From contig JAZSLV010000003.1 of assembly GCA_045535555.1 (NCBI GenBank), positions 2,117 through 66,116 of the forward strand: a stretch of DNA of 64,000 nt. Reading direction: 5' to 3'. The notes under the pieces were generated by a model that had not been told where the DNA came from, did no database searches, and saw only the letters and a program-made list of their open reading frames with translations. Below, piece by piece: positions 53,578 to 63,025 of the stretch (position 1 is its first letter; every line of letters begins with the position of its first letter). This DNA comes from Bacteroidaceae bacterium. GTDB taxonomy: Bacteria > Bacteroidota > Bacteroidia > Bacteroidales > Bacteroidaceae. Both the position numbers and the translations under genes were made by a program.

Positions 53578-56046
53578 TTATTCTGTATAATATACCCGCT
53601 TTACACGGATTGAAACGGTCGAAATTATCTCATAAGGTATGGTGCCCAGAATATCCGACAGCACGTGAACCGGCAGGTTGGGACCGAAAATCTCCACGCT
53701 GTCACCCTCCTGGCAATCAATGTCCGTGACGTCGATCATGCACACATCCATGCATATGTTTCCCACATAATATGCCTTCTGGCCGTTCACAAGGCAGTAG
53801 GCGTTGCCGTTGCCCAGATGGCGGTCCAGTCCGTCTGCATAACCTATAGGTATGGCGGCTATGCGGGAGTGCTTGGTTATCTTGCCCTTGCGGCTGTAAC
53901 CCACAGTCTCCCCCTTCTCCAACTCACGTATCTGAAGTATGGTGGTCTTAAGCGTGCAGACAGTCTCAAGCGGCTGGTTGTCAATAGGATTGATTCCATA
54001 GAGTCCCAATCCTAAACGAACCATGTCATAGTGTACGTCAGGGAAGCGCTCAATAGCGGCAGAGTTACAGATATGACGCAGGATATGGTGCTTGAACGCA
54101 GCCTGAAGTTCATCGGCTGCCTTATTGAAACGCTCTATCTGGAGTTTGGTGAAATCATCAAAATCCGGACTGTCACTGCCTACAAAATGTGAGAACACCG
54201 AACACGGAATTACCGCAGTCTGTTTCTGCAGGCGGTGAACCAGCTCCGGTATGTCATCGGGAGCAAATCCCAGGCGGTGCATACCCGTATCTATCTTTAT
54301 ATGTATGGGGAAGTTGGTAACACCGCTGTGCTCGGCGGCTCGTATAACCATATCCAGCAGATGGAAACTGTAAACCTCGGGCTCCAGTTTATAATCAAAC
54401 AGAGTATTGAATGATGTACGTTCCGGGTTCATGACCATAATACTGGTAGTTATGCCTGCCTTACGCAGTTCGGCACCCTCATCGGCCACTGCCACAGCCA
54501 GATAATCCACCTGACGGTCCTGTAGTGTCTTGGCCACCTCGATGGCGCCCGATCCGTAGGCCGATGCCTTTACCATGCACACTATTCCCGTCTCTATCCT
54601 GAGCATGCCGCGATAGCGGTCCAGATTGTCGGCAAGCGCCTGCAGGTTCACCTCAAGTATAGTCTCGTGAACCTTGAGCTCCAGACGTTCCGCTATACGG
54701 TCAAACTCATAGACACGGGCTCCCTTTATAAGTATCAGTTCGTTATGGAAATTCTTCATCAGATCTGATTTGAGAAAATCTTCCGTGGTCTTGAAGAAAT
54801 ATTTCTCAGGAACATCAAATCTTTTCTTTTCCGATGATATGTCATCGCCTATGCCTATCAGCTTGGTAATGCCGCGGCTCTCCACCAACTGCGACACCCT
54901 GCGGTACAACTCATGGACCGACCAGCCCGACTGCAGGATATCAGACAGTATGAGTGTTCGGCTGCGCTGCTTGTCATCCTGACGGCGGGCCATGAAATCC
55001 AGAGCGATACCCAGTGATGAAATATCTGAATTGTAACTGTCATTGATGATTATGCACCCCTGCTTACCGTCTTTCACCTCAAGACGCATAGCCAGCGGTT
55101 CCAGTCTGGCCATCCGCTCCGTGATCTTCTCCGGCGGAACCATAAGGTATATGCAGACTGCCAGACAGTGGAGTGCATCCTCTATGGAGGCATCATCGAT
55201 GAACGGGATGGTAAACTTGTTCTCCAGTCCGATGTAACGGTAGGTTATCTCCGTGGAGTCCTGTCCTTTCACTACCGATGAAATGAACAGAGGCTTGTCC
55301 TGGTTCTTACGCGACCATGCTATCTCGCGGGCCGTGATGATTGACTTGTCCACACAACTCTGTATCAGGTCATTGTCTCCGTTGTAAATCACCACGTCAC
55401 AGTCCTGGAAAAGCCTGAGTTTCTCCACGCACTTATCCTGGAGAGACTGGAAATTCTCCTGATGTGCCAGACCGATGTTGGAGATGACGCCTATGGTGGG
55501 TTTTATGATCTTCCAGAGTTGGCGCATCTCATCCTTCCTGGATATTCCCGCCTCAAAAATACCTATCTCGGACTGCCTGTTAAGAAGCCATACCGAGAGC
55601 GGAACGCCAATCTGGGAGTTGTAACTCTTGGGAGAACGTGTCACGGCATAATCAGGCTCGAGCAACTGGTACAGCCACTCCTTGATAATGGTCTTGCCGT
55701 TACTTCCGGTCACGCCTATTACAGGAATGTCAAAATGCTGTCTGTGTGCAGCAGCCAGGGTCTGCAAGGCAGCCAGAGTGTCTCTTACAAGCAGGAAATT
55801 GGTCTCTTGGTAATCGGCCATATTATCAGGCAGGTAACTTACCACAAAATTCCTTACACCCCTTTTATACAACTCACGTATATAATTGTGACCGTCATTG
55901 CGTTTGGTTTTCAATGCAAAGAAAAGAGTCTCGGCGGGGAAGCACAGGGAACGGCTGTCAGTAAGCAGCCATGATATCCCGGCAGGACAGAAACCATGCC
56001 TCTCAGCGCCAGTCATACTGACAATCTCATCTATGGAATATGTCAT
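53578..56046 (-). CDS. Bifunctional UDP-MurNAc-tripeptide--D-Ala-D-Ala ligase (MurF) / alanine racemase (Alr)
   Basis: N-terminal Mur ligase (VIGVTGSNGKT). The C-terminal ~370 aa is alanine racemase (VKASAYGSGA PLP-lysine motif, ...GYADG...). Confidence 0.9.
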   Translation of the reverse strand: MTYSIDEIVSMTGAERHGFCPAGISWLLTDSRSLCFPAETLFFALKTKRNDGHNYIRELYKRGVRNFVVSYLPDNMADYQETNFLLVRDTLAALQTLAAAHRQHFDIPVIGVTGSNGKTIIKEWLYQLLEPDYAVTRSPKSYNSQIGVPLSVWLLNRQSEIGIFEAGISRKDEMRQLWKIIKPTIGVISNIGLAHQENFQSLQDKCVEKLRLFQDCDVVIYNGDNDLIQSCVDKSIITAREIAWSRKNQDKPLFISSVVKGQDSTEITYRYIGLENKFTIPFIDDASIEDALHCLAVCIYLMVPPEKITERMARLEPLAMRLEVKDGKQGCIIINDSYNSDISSLGIALDFMARRQDDKQRSRTLILSDILQSGWSVHELYRRVSQLVESRGITKLIGIGDDISSEKKRFDVPEKYFFKTTEDFLKSDLMKNFHNELILIKGARVYEFDRIAERLELKVHETILEVNLQALADNLDRYRGMLRIETGIVCMVKASAYGSGAIEVAKTLQDRQVDYLAVAVADEGAELRKAGITTSIMVMNPERTSFNTLFDYKLEPEVYSFHLLDMVIRAAEHSGVTNFPIHIKIDTGMHRLGFAPDDIPELVHRLQKQTAVIPCSVFSHFVGSDSPDFDDFTKLQIERFNKAADELQAAFKHHILRHICNSAAIERFPDVHYDMVRLGLGLYGINPIDNQPLETVCTLKTTILQIRELEKGETVGYSRKGKITKHSRIAAIPIGYADGLDRHLGNGNAYCLVNGQKAYYVGNICMDVCMIDVTDIDCQEGDSVEIFGPNLPVHVLSDILGTIPYEIISTVSIRVKRVYYTE

Positions 56047-56071
56047 TTCGTATAGTAATTTTCCGGTTTGT

Positions 56072-56079
56072 CAAAGATA
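56072..56079 (-). promoter_or_regulatory. -7 promoter box (TATCTTTG on minus strand) for murF-alr
   Basis: TAnnTTTG match 26 nt upstream of the ATG at 56046. Confidence 0.45.
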
Positions 56080-56152
56080 ATCATTATTTGTGTCACCTAA
56101 TTAAAAAAGCAATATGTATAATGAAAAAGAATCTACATTCACACTAATTTGG

Positions 56153-56160
56153 TACATTTG
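56153..56160 (+). promoter_or_regulatory. -7 promoter box TACATTTG for dxs
   Basis: TAnnTTTG match 26 nt upstream of the ATG at 56187. Confidence 0.45.
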
Positions 56161-56186
56161 CCGTTTGAACAACAAAAGGAGAGAGG

Positions 56187-58109
56187 ATGCAGAAAGCCGA
56201 AGAGGAACAACCGACAGATAACCTGCTAAAAAGAATTGACTCCCCGGACGACCTCAAGAAACTCAGTCCGGAGCAGTTGCCGCAGGTTTGCAATGAGCTC
56301 AGACAGATGATCATAGACGAGCTCTCGCAGAATCCCGGGCATTTCGGCTCCAGTCTGGGCACCGTGGAACTTACTGTCGCCCTTCATTATGTCTTCAACA
56401 CCCCCGATGACCGTATAGTATGGGATGTAGGACATCAGGCCTACGGGCACAAGATCCTGACAGGCCGGCGTGACCGGTTCTGCACCAACCGCAAACTGGG
56501 CGGACTTCGTCCCTTCCCGTCTCCCGATGAAAGCCCTTACGACACCTTTACCGCCGGACACGCATCCAACTCCATTTCAGCCGCATTGGGTATGGCCGTG
56601 GCCGATAAGCGCAACGGCAATGCCACACGCCGTGTCGTAGCCGTCATAGGCGATGGAGCCATGAGCGGAGGCCTTGCTTTTGAGGGCATAAACAACGCAT
56701 CCATAACCGACAACGACCTGCTCATAATCCTTAACGACAACGATATGAGCATATCGCAGAGCGTAGGAGGCATGCGCAGCTACCTTACGCAGCTCCATAC
56801 CTCACGTTCCTACAACAAGTTCCGCTACTACGTGTCAAGGGTACTTGACAAGCTGGGACTCATGACCGATCAGCGCCGCCGCAACATAATACGCCGCAAC
56901 AACCACCTCAAGATAAAGCTCACCCATCAGAACAACATGTTCGAGGGTATGGATATCCGATATTTCGGACCCATTGACGGGCACAACGTCCAGAACCTGG
57001 TACGTGTCCTGAGCAACATCAAGAACATGCACGGCCCCAAGCTGCTGCATATCAAGACGGTCAAGGGCAAGGGCTACGAGCCGGCCGAGAAGGACTCCGC
57101 CATATGGCATGCCCCCGGACTCTTTGACAAGGTTACCGGCGAACGCATAGTACGCAACGGCAACGGTCAGCCTCCCCTGTTCCAGGACGTGTTCGGTGAG
57201 ACTCTTCTGGAACTCATGCGGGAGAATCCCAAAATCATAGGAATAACACCCGCCATGCCCATAGGCTGCAGCATGGACATTCCCATGAAAGTATACCCCG
57301 ACCGCTGCTTTGACGTAGGTATAGCCGAAGGTCATGCCGTGACATTCTCCGGCGGTCTGGCCAAGGAGGGCATGATGCCGTTCTGCAACATCTACTCGTC
57401 TTTCATGCAGCGTGCATACGATAATGTCATCCACGATGTTGCCATACAGAAACTCAACGTGGCAATCTGTCTGGACCGTGCCGGTCTGGTAGGTGAAGAC
57501 GGCCCCACTCATCACGGAGCTTTTGATCTGGCATTCCTGCGCCCCATCCCCAACCTGACCATAGCATCACCGTATGACGAGATTGAGTTGCGCAACCTCA
57601 TGTACACCGCCCAACTCCCCGACCAGGGACCTTTCATCATCCGCTATCCCCGAGGCCACGGCATACTGTCCGATTGGCGCAAACCGTTCAATCCCGTTGT
57701 CATCGGCACCGGACGCAAGATAAAGGATGGCGATGACATTGCCGTACTCTCCATCGGACCTATAGGCAACCTTGCCGAACAGGCCATTGAGACTTGGGAG
57801 AAAGAGAGCGGAAAGACCGCCGCACTCTACGACATGCGCTTTCTCAAGCCGATTGACACCTCCATTCTAAAGGAGGTAGGAAACAAATACAGCCGTATCA
57901 TAACCATTGAGAACGGCACAGTGACCGGAGGACTTGGCTCCGCCGTTGTGGAATATATGGCCGATAACGGCCTCCATCCTGTAATAAGGCGTATGGGACT
58001 GCCCGACCGTTTTGTGGAACACGGATCCACGCCTCAACTTCTGCATCTCTGTCATATTGACTGCGATGCCATCATCAGCACACTCAGAGAGCTGACTTCA
58101 GAACCCTAA
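56187..58109 (+). CDS. dxs: 1-deoxy-D-xylulose-5-phosphate synthase
   Basis: [13 protein letters not shown] and [16 protein letters not shown] motifs. Confidence 0.95.
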   Translation: MQKAEEEQPTDNLLKRIDSPDDLKKLSPEQLPQVCNELRQMIIDELSQNPGHFGSSLGTVELTVALHYVFNTPDDRIVWDVGHQAYGHKILTGRRDRFCTNRKLGGLRPFPSPDESPYDTFTAGHASNSISAALGMAVADKRNGNATRRVVAVIGDGAMSGGLAFEGINNASITDNDLLIILNDNDMSISQSVGGMRSYLTQLHTSRSYNKFRYYVSRVLDKLGLMTDQRRRNIIRRNNHLKIKLTHQNNMFEGMDIRYFGPIDGHNVQNLVRVLSNIKNMHGPKLLHIKTVKGKGYEPAEKDSAIWHAPGLFDKVTGERIVRNGNGQPPLFQDVFGETLLELMRENPKIIGITPAMPIGCSMDIPMKVYPDRCFDVGIAEGHAVTFSGGLAKEGMMPFCNIYSSFMQRAYDNVIHDVAIQKLNVAICLDRAGLVGEDGPTHHGAFDLAFLRPIPNLTIASPYDEIELRNLMYTAQLPDQGPFIIRYPRGHGILSDWRKPFNPVVIGTGRKIKDGDDIAVLSIGPIGNLAEQAIETWEKESGKTAALYDMRFLKPIDTSILKEVGNKYSRIITIENGTVTGGLGSAVVEYMADNGLHPVIRRMGLPDRFVEHGSTPQLLHLCHIDCDAIISTLRELTSEP

Positions 58110-58120
58110 AAACCAGAACA

Positions 58121-59458
58121 ATGAAAATAGTAATTGCGGGAGCCGGAAACGTAGGTATCCATCTGGCCAAACTTCTGGCCGGAGAGAATCAGGATATAGT
58201 TCTCATAGACGAGAGTCCCGAGAAACTGGCCCGACTGGATTCAAGTTTTGACCTGCTTACCATTCAGGAATCACCTGTATCGCTTCACGGACTCAAGGAG
58301 GCCGGTGCAGGAAGTGCAGACCTCTTTGTAGCCGTCACTACCGATGAGAGCCGAAACATCATCGCCGCGCAGCTGGCCCATTATCTGGGAGCTAAGAAAA
58401 CCGTAGCACGAATCAACAACTACGAGTATCTCCAGCCCAAGAACATGGAGTATTTCAACAGCATCGGACTGGATTCACTCATCTACCCCGAGCTTCTGGC
58501 TGCAAGGGATATTGTAGACGGAATGAAACTCAGTTGGATACGTCAGTGGTGGGAATTTGCCGGAGGTGCCCTGGTCATGATGGGTATCAAACTGCGTGAA
58601 AACGCCCAGATACTCAACAAACCGCTCTCTGAACTCGGCAAGGAACTTCCCTATCACATAGTCGCCATACTACGTGAAGGAGTTACCATCATACCGAGCG
58701 GTAGCGATACCATGCAGGCCGGTGATCTGGTATACTTCATGACAATGAAAAAACACATCCCGCACATCCGCCGCATTGCCGGCAAGGAGGAACTGCCCGA
58801 CGTGCGTGATGTAATCATAATGGGCGGCAGCCGCATAGCCGTACGCACGGCACAACTTATGCCCGACTATATGAATCTCAAGATCATTGAGAGTGACCTG
58901 GAACGCTGCAACCGTCTCACCGAATTGGTTGATGACAAGGTTATGATAATAAACGGTGACGGCCGCGACCCCAGTCTGCTCATGAGCGAAGGCATTCAGC
59001 ATACCGAGGCATTCGTCGCTCTGACCGATAATTCCGAGACCAACATCCTGGCCTGCCTGGCAGCCAAGCGTTTCGGAGTGACCAAGACCATAGCCGAGGT
59101 TGAGAACATAGACTACATCAACATGGCTGAGAAACTTGATATAGGCACGGTAATCAACAAGAAGAAGATTGCCGCCAGCCACATATACCAGATGATGCTC
59201 GATGCCGATGTAACCAACGTCAAGTGTCTCACCTTTGCCAACGCCGATGTAGCCGAGTTCAACGTCATTGAGGGAGCCAAGATAACCCGCAGTCAGGTCA
59301 AGGACATATCCCTGCCTCGCGGAGTGACCATAGGCGGACTTATCCGTAACAGGGAGGCTCTGATAGTAACCGGCAACACTCAGATACTGCCCGGAGACCA
59401 CGTGGTTGTATTCTGCCTGGAAGGAATGATTAAGACCATAGAGAAGTATTTCAATTGA
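58121..59458 (+). CDS. trkA: Trk potassium-uptake system NAD-binding subunit
   Basis: Two RCK_N/RCK_C repeats and N-terminal IAGAGNVG. Confidence 0.9.
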   Translation: MKIVIAGAGNVGIHLAKLLAGENQDIVLIDESPEKLARLDSSFDLLTIQESPVSLHGLKEAGAGSADLFVAVTTDESRNIIAAQLAHYLGAKKTVARINNYEYLQPKNMEYFNSIGLDSLIYPELLAARDIVDGMKLSWIRQWWEFAGGALVMMGIKLRENAQILNKPLSELGKELPYHIVAILREGVTIIPSGSDTMQAGDLVYFMTMKKHIPHIRRIAGKEELPDVRDVIIMGGSRIAVRTAQLMPDYMNLKIIESDLERCNRLTELVDDKVMIINGDGRDPSLLMSEGIQHTEAFVALTDNSETNILACLAAKRFGVTKTIAEVENIDYINMAEKLDIGTVINKKKIAASHIYQMMLDADVTNVKCLTFANADVAEFNVIEGAKITRSQVKDISLPRGVTIGGLIRNREALIVTGNTQILPGDHVVVFCLEGMIKTIEKYFN

Positions 59459-60918
59459 TAAACATTAAGATCATACATAGGATACTGGGAGTCCTGCTTC
59501 TGATAGAATCAGGAATACTGCTGCTCTGCGCACTTATCCCTGTATTCTACGGTGAGGATGACCTGTTCGGGTTCATCATGGCCTCGCTCACATCGGCCTG
59601 CGTAGGTATGACCGCCCTCTACATAGGCAAGAGCACCAAACATAAGGAAGGCGCGATGACCCGCCGCGACGGATATATAGTTGTGGCTCTCAGTTGGGTT
59701 CTGTTCTCGATATTCGGTTCCCTGCCCTATCTCATCAGCGGTTATTTACCTTCATTCACCGATGCCTATTTTGAGACCATGTCCGGCTTCACAACCACAG
59801 GAGCCACCATAATACAGGATGTGGAGCTAATACCCCACGGCCTGCTGTTCTGGCGCAGCCTGACACAATGGATAGGCGGTTTGGGTATCGTGTTCTTTAC
59901 GGTAGCGGTACTGCCTATATTCGGTGTAGGTGAGGTCCAGTTGTTCGCAGCCGAGGCCATCGGACCCACTCACAACAAACTCCACCCGCGCATAAGTGTA
60001 AGCGGCCGATGGATCATAACCGTATATATCGTGATAACCATTCTGTGTGCCGTTGCACTGAGGTTCTGCGGCATGGGAGTCTTTGACAGCGTAAACCATG
60101 CACTGACCACGGCAGCCACCGGCGGATTCTCCACCAAGAATGCCAGCATAGCCTACTTCAACTCTCACTCGGTTGAGTATGTAATAACATTCTTCATGTT
60201 CCTGTCAGGCATCAACTACGGTCTGCTGTTCTTTGTGATATTCCGCGGCAAGGTACATAAGCTGATTGAGGATACCCAGTTCAAATGGTACCTTATGTTC
60301 CTGCTCATATTTACCTTTATAGTAGGCCTAAGCCTTTTCATATCAACCCCCTACAACGGCTCATCAGCATTGCGCAACGCCCTCTTCCATGTAACCGCCA
60401 TTATCACTACCACAGGCTTCACATCGACCGATTATACCCAATGGCCGCCGTTCATATGGATGACACTGGGACTATGCATGTATTTCGGTGCCTGCGCAGG
60501 TTCCACCACCGGTGGTATGAAATCAATCCGCATTGCCATCCTGTTAAAGTCCATGCGCAATGAGTTCAACCGCATACTTCACCCCAACGCCATACTTCCG
60601 GTCCGGGTAAACGGCAAGGTCATCCCGCCTTCAACCAGACAGAGTGTGCTTACATTCAGCATATTCTTCTTTGCGTTGGTATTTATAGGATGGTTCTTCT
60701 ACCTGGCCATAGGCATAGACATTGCCGAGGCTTATGGCATCTCACTGTCGTGTCTGAGTAATATCGGTCTTACAATAGGATATCACGGATGCAACATACC
60801 GTGGGACGATATGCCCACCATAGGCAAATGGTTCTCAACCTTTCTGATGCTGATCGGCCGACTGGAGGTTTTCAGTGTCCTGCTGGTTATCACCCCCGCT
60901 TTTTGGAAGCATCGCTAA
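59455..60918 (+). CDS. trkH: Trk/Ktr-type potassium transporter membrane subunit
   Basis: TrkH-family polytopic protein with repeated selectivity-filter-like TTTG/TATGG/TTTG/STTGG segments. A 4-nt overlap links it to trkA. Confidence 0.9.
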   Translation: MINIKIIHRILGVLLLIESGILLLCALIPVFYGEDDLFGFIMASLTSACVGMTALYIGKSTKHKEGAMTRRDGYIVVALSWVLFSIFGSLPYLISGYLPSFTDAYFETMSGFTTTGATIIQDVELIPHGLLFWRSLTQWIGGLGIVFFTVAVLPIFGVGEVQLFAAEAIGPTHNKLHPRISVSGRWIITVYIVITILCAVALRFCGMGVFDSVNHALTTAATGGFSTKNASIAYFNSHSVEYVITFFMFLSGINYGLLFFVIFRGKVHKLIEDTQFKWYLMFLLIFTFIVGLSLFISTPYNGSSALRNALFHVTAIITTTGFTSTDYTQWPPFIWMTLGLCMYFGACAGSTTGGMKSIRIAILLKSMRNEFNRILHPNAILPVRVNGKVIPPSTRQSVLTFSIFFFALVFIGWFFYLAIGIDIAEAYGISLSCLSNIGLTIGYHGCNIPWDDMPTIGKWFSTFLMLIGRLEVFSVLLVITPAFWKHR

Positions 60919-61899
60919 GAACTCCCTTACATCCTCTCTCATACGCTCATACGTCTCACATCCCTTGTAGTGCGTATTCTTGCGGATAGCCTCAGTGAGG
61001 CCCATCTGACTGTGCTGATAAGCACTGATCTCGTTATGATACTGCTGGTTGTGGACAGCGAACCTGCGTATTTCCAACTCACGTTCCTGACGCAGCACCG
61101 TACATACGGGCATAAGCAGTTTGAGTATTACGTTCTCCACCAGATGATGTCCCTGAAGGAACAGATACGTGTTATCCTCCCTGACACCCATTGATGTAAG
61201 TTCCTTTCGCAAGGCGGCCACCTCGGGTATTGCCTCCGGATAATGGTTCTCCATCCAGCGGACCTTATGGCTCACCCTCTCCGATACGCTTATAATTGCA
61301 GCCTGAGGCCGGTGTACATCAACAGACTTGAGTTTTATATCCAGGTTAAGGTCCTGCATGCTGTAACTGTTATGCAGTTTCTTGCGGTAGAACCACACGT
61401 TCCATACAAACAGAGGATATACCGCCTTTGAGTAGAGTTCCATAAAACCCTCAAAATCAATCAGTCTGTGGTCATTCAATGTACACTGCACACAAATCTG
61501 ATGCAAGCTCCCCGACCAGCACTGATAGTTTTCAATGGCATAAGTGTAGGTCTGTATGACAAACGGATTACTTATTATCTCTTTTGATGTCTGTGTTACC
61601 CCCTGAAGCAGCCAGTCATAATCACTGTCCACACAAGCAATCAGGTTGCTGCCCAATCCGTTATGCTCAATACACGAACGCAAGGCCGATTTCTTGCCTT
61701 TAGTCAGACCGCCACGATTGGGCAGCATTATCTGGAAATAGTGATCCGGAGTCTCAAACTCATCCAAAAGCACACGCCAGAAAGAGACATCGTCATAACT
61801 CTCCACGAAAGCCACGATACGGCCTCTGCGCTTGCCCGGCAACAGTCTGTCAGCCGCCTCGAAATAACGGGAAGAAATATTGTCTGTAAGTCTCTTCAT
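60835..61899 (-). CDS. DUF4435 / TOPRIM-like protein (putative nuclease effector, AriB-like)
   Basis: Motif series RIVAFVESYDDVSFW (E33), LIACVDSDYDW (D91/D93), TYAIENY. It lies 13 nt downstream of the ATPase gene. Its last 28 codons overlap the trkH 3' end on the opposite strand. Confidence 0.8.
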   Translation of the reverse strand: MKRLTDNISSRYFEAADRLLPGKRRGRIVAFVESYDDVSFWRVLLDEFETPDHYFQIMLPNRGGLTKGKKSALRSCIEHNGLGSNLIACVDSDYDWLLQGVTQTSKEIISNPFVIQTYTYAIENYQCWSGSLHQICVQCTLNDHRLIDFEGFMELYSKAVYPLFVWNVWFYRKKLHNSYSMQDLNLDIKLKSVDVHRPQAAIISVSERVSHKVRWMENHYPEAIPEVAALRKELTSMGVREDNTYLFLQGHHLVENVILKLLMPVCTVLRQERELEIRRFAVHNQQYHNEISAYQHSQMGLTEAIRKNTHYKGCETYERMREDVREFLAMLPKSGGDNQQDTENLQSADQHQKG

Positions 61900-61912
61900 G
61901 CTCTATTACCCC

Positions 61913-62734
61913 TCACTTGACGGTAATATCCTCAACATCATATACTGAATCCATCCACCCGTCCATAATCAGTGCCGGCGAATGGGTTGTCATGATAATC
62001 TGACAGTTGGGGTTGAGTGAACGGACGCGCTGTATAAGTTGCTGCTGCCACTCTATATGAAGTGAAATCTCCGGCTCGTCCATAAGCAGTACTCCGGGTG
62101 TCTGGTCCTGAACCAGGGTTGTGAGCATTATCACCAGCAGCTGTTTCTCACCAGATGACAGGTTGTAAGGCAGCAGCGTGGCGCCGAACTGGTCAAACAG
62201 AATCTCATTGCTGGTACGGATTATCTTCTTACCCGTATCGGTAAAGAGTTCATCCATGTAATCCATGAACTTTATCTTGGGAGCCGATATCTCCTGCGCC
62301 TCACGTATCTTTTCGGGATCACCCGATGTAAGCAGCTGAATGGTACGGTTGCCTATGTTAACCTGATAATCCAGATAACGGCGCTGCAGTTTGTAGAGTT
62401 GCCAGTCCAGTTCCGATACCACGCTCTTATCGGACATCTTCTCCAACAGATTGCTGTGCATGAGCGGACGGTCTATGCTGCGTATAACATCATACTTGAT
62501 CCTGGTTGACCCTTCGGGGAAATAATCTATCTGTACCTCAGGATTCTCTTCCTGACTCTCTCCGGCCAGGTAATCCAGACGTGCTACAGTCTTATTGAGA
62601 ATGGTACTCTTGCCTGTACCGTTAACACCGCTCAGGATATTCACATCGGGACGCAGGTTCCATACTATGTGCTTTCTGCCCCAAAGTGAGTTGATCTCTA
62701 TGCGGCTTATTCCATCGGCGTATCCATTTTCCAT
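61913..62734 (-). CDS. Short soluble ABC-type (AAA_21/OLD/RecF-like) ATPase, 273 aa
   Basis: Walker A GVNGTGKST (62603-62629), signature LSSGEKQ, Walker B VLLMDEPEISLH, H-loop TTHSP. No TM segments. Confidence 0.8.
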   Translation of the reverse strand: MENGYADGISRIEINSLWGRKHIVWNLRPDVNILSGVNGTGKSTILNKTVARLDYLAGESQEENPEVQIDYFPEGSTRIKYDVIRSIDRPLMHSNLLEKMSDKSVVSELDWQLYKLQRRYLDYQVNIGNRTIQLLTSGDPEKIREAQEISAPKIKFMDYMDELFTDTGKKIIRTSNEILFDQFGATLLPYNLSSGEKQLLVIMLTTLVQDQTPGVLLMDEPEISLHIEWQQQLIQRVRSLNPNCQIIMTTHSPALIMDGWMDSVYDVEDITVK

Positions 62735-62762
62735 AATCAGTCAGTTTTACGGGTTCTGTCGG

Positions 62763-62770
62763 TAAATATA
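62763..62770 (-). promoter_or_regulatory. Near-consensus -7 box (TATATTTA on minus strand) upstream of the ATPase gene
   Basis: 7/8 match to TAnnTTTG, 29 nt upstream of the ATG at 62734 and immediately downstream of the terminator hairpin. Confidence 0.35.
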
Positions 62771-62771
62771 T

Positions 62772-62813
62772 AAAAAAAGAAGAGTCACCGTAAGGTAACT
62801 CCTCTCTTTTTTT
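62772..62813. terminator. Intrinsic terminator hairpin flanked by an A7 and a T7 run
   Basis: A-run 62772-62778, imperfect stem AGAAGAGTCACC-GTAA-GGTAACTCCTCT, T-run 62807-62813. Confidence 0.65.
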
Positions 62814-63025
62814 GGCGGCGCGTGATTCACATCAAACGATACCCAATGATATTTATAAAAAGGACTATCTATCTACATTAGCAACCTCTTAACGGTCATA
62901 CCGTTTCGTGATTGCGCTACAAAGATATTCTTTATTTTTTATTTTGCATATTATTGAGGGGTATTTAAGTGATTTTTGCAGTTAATAACACTTAAAATGG
63001 CCGAATTAGGCCATAAAATGCATTA

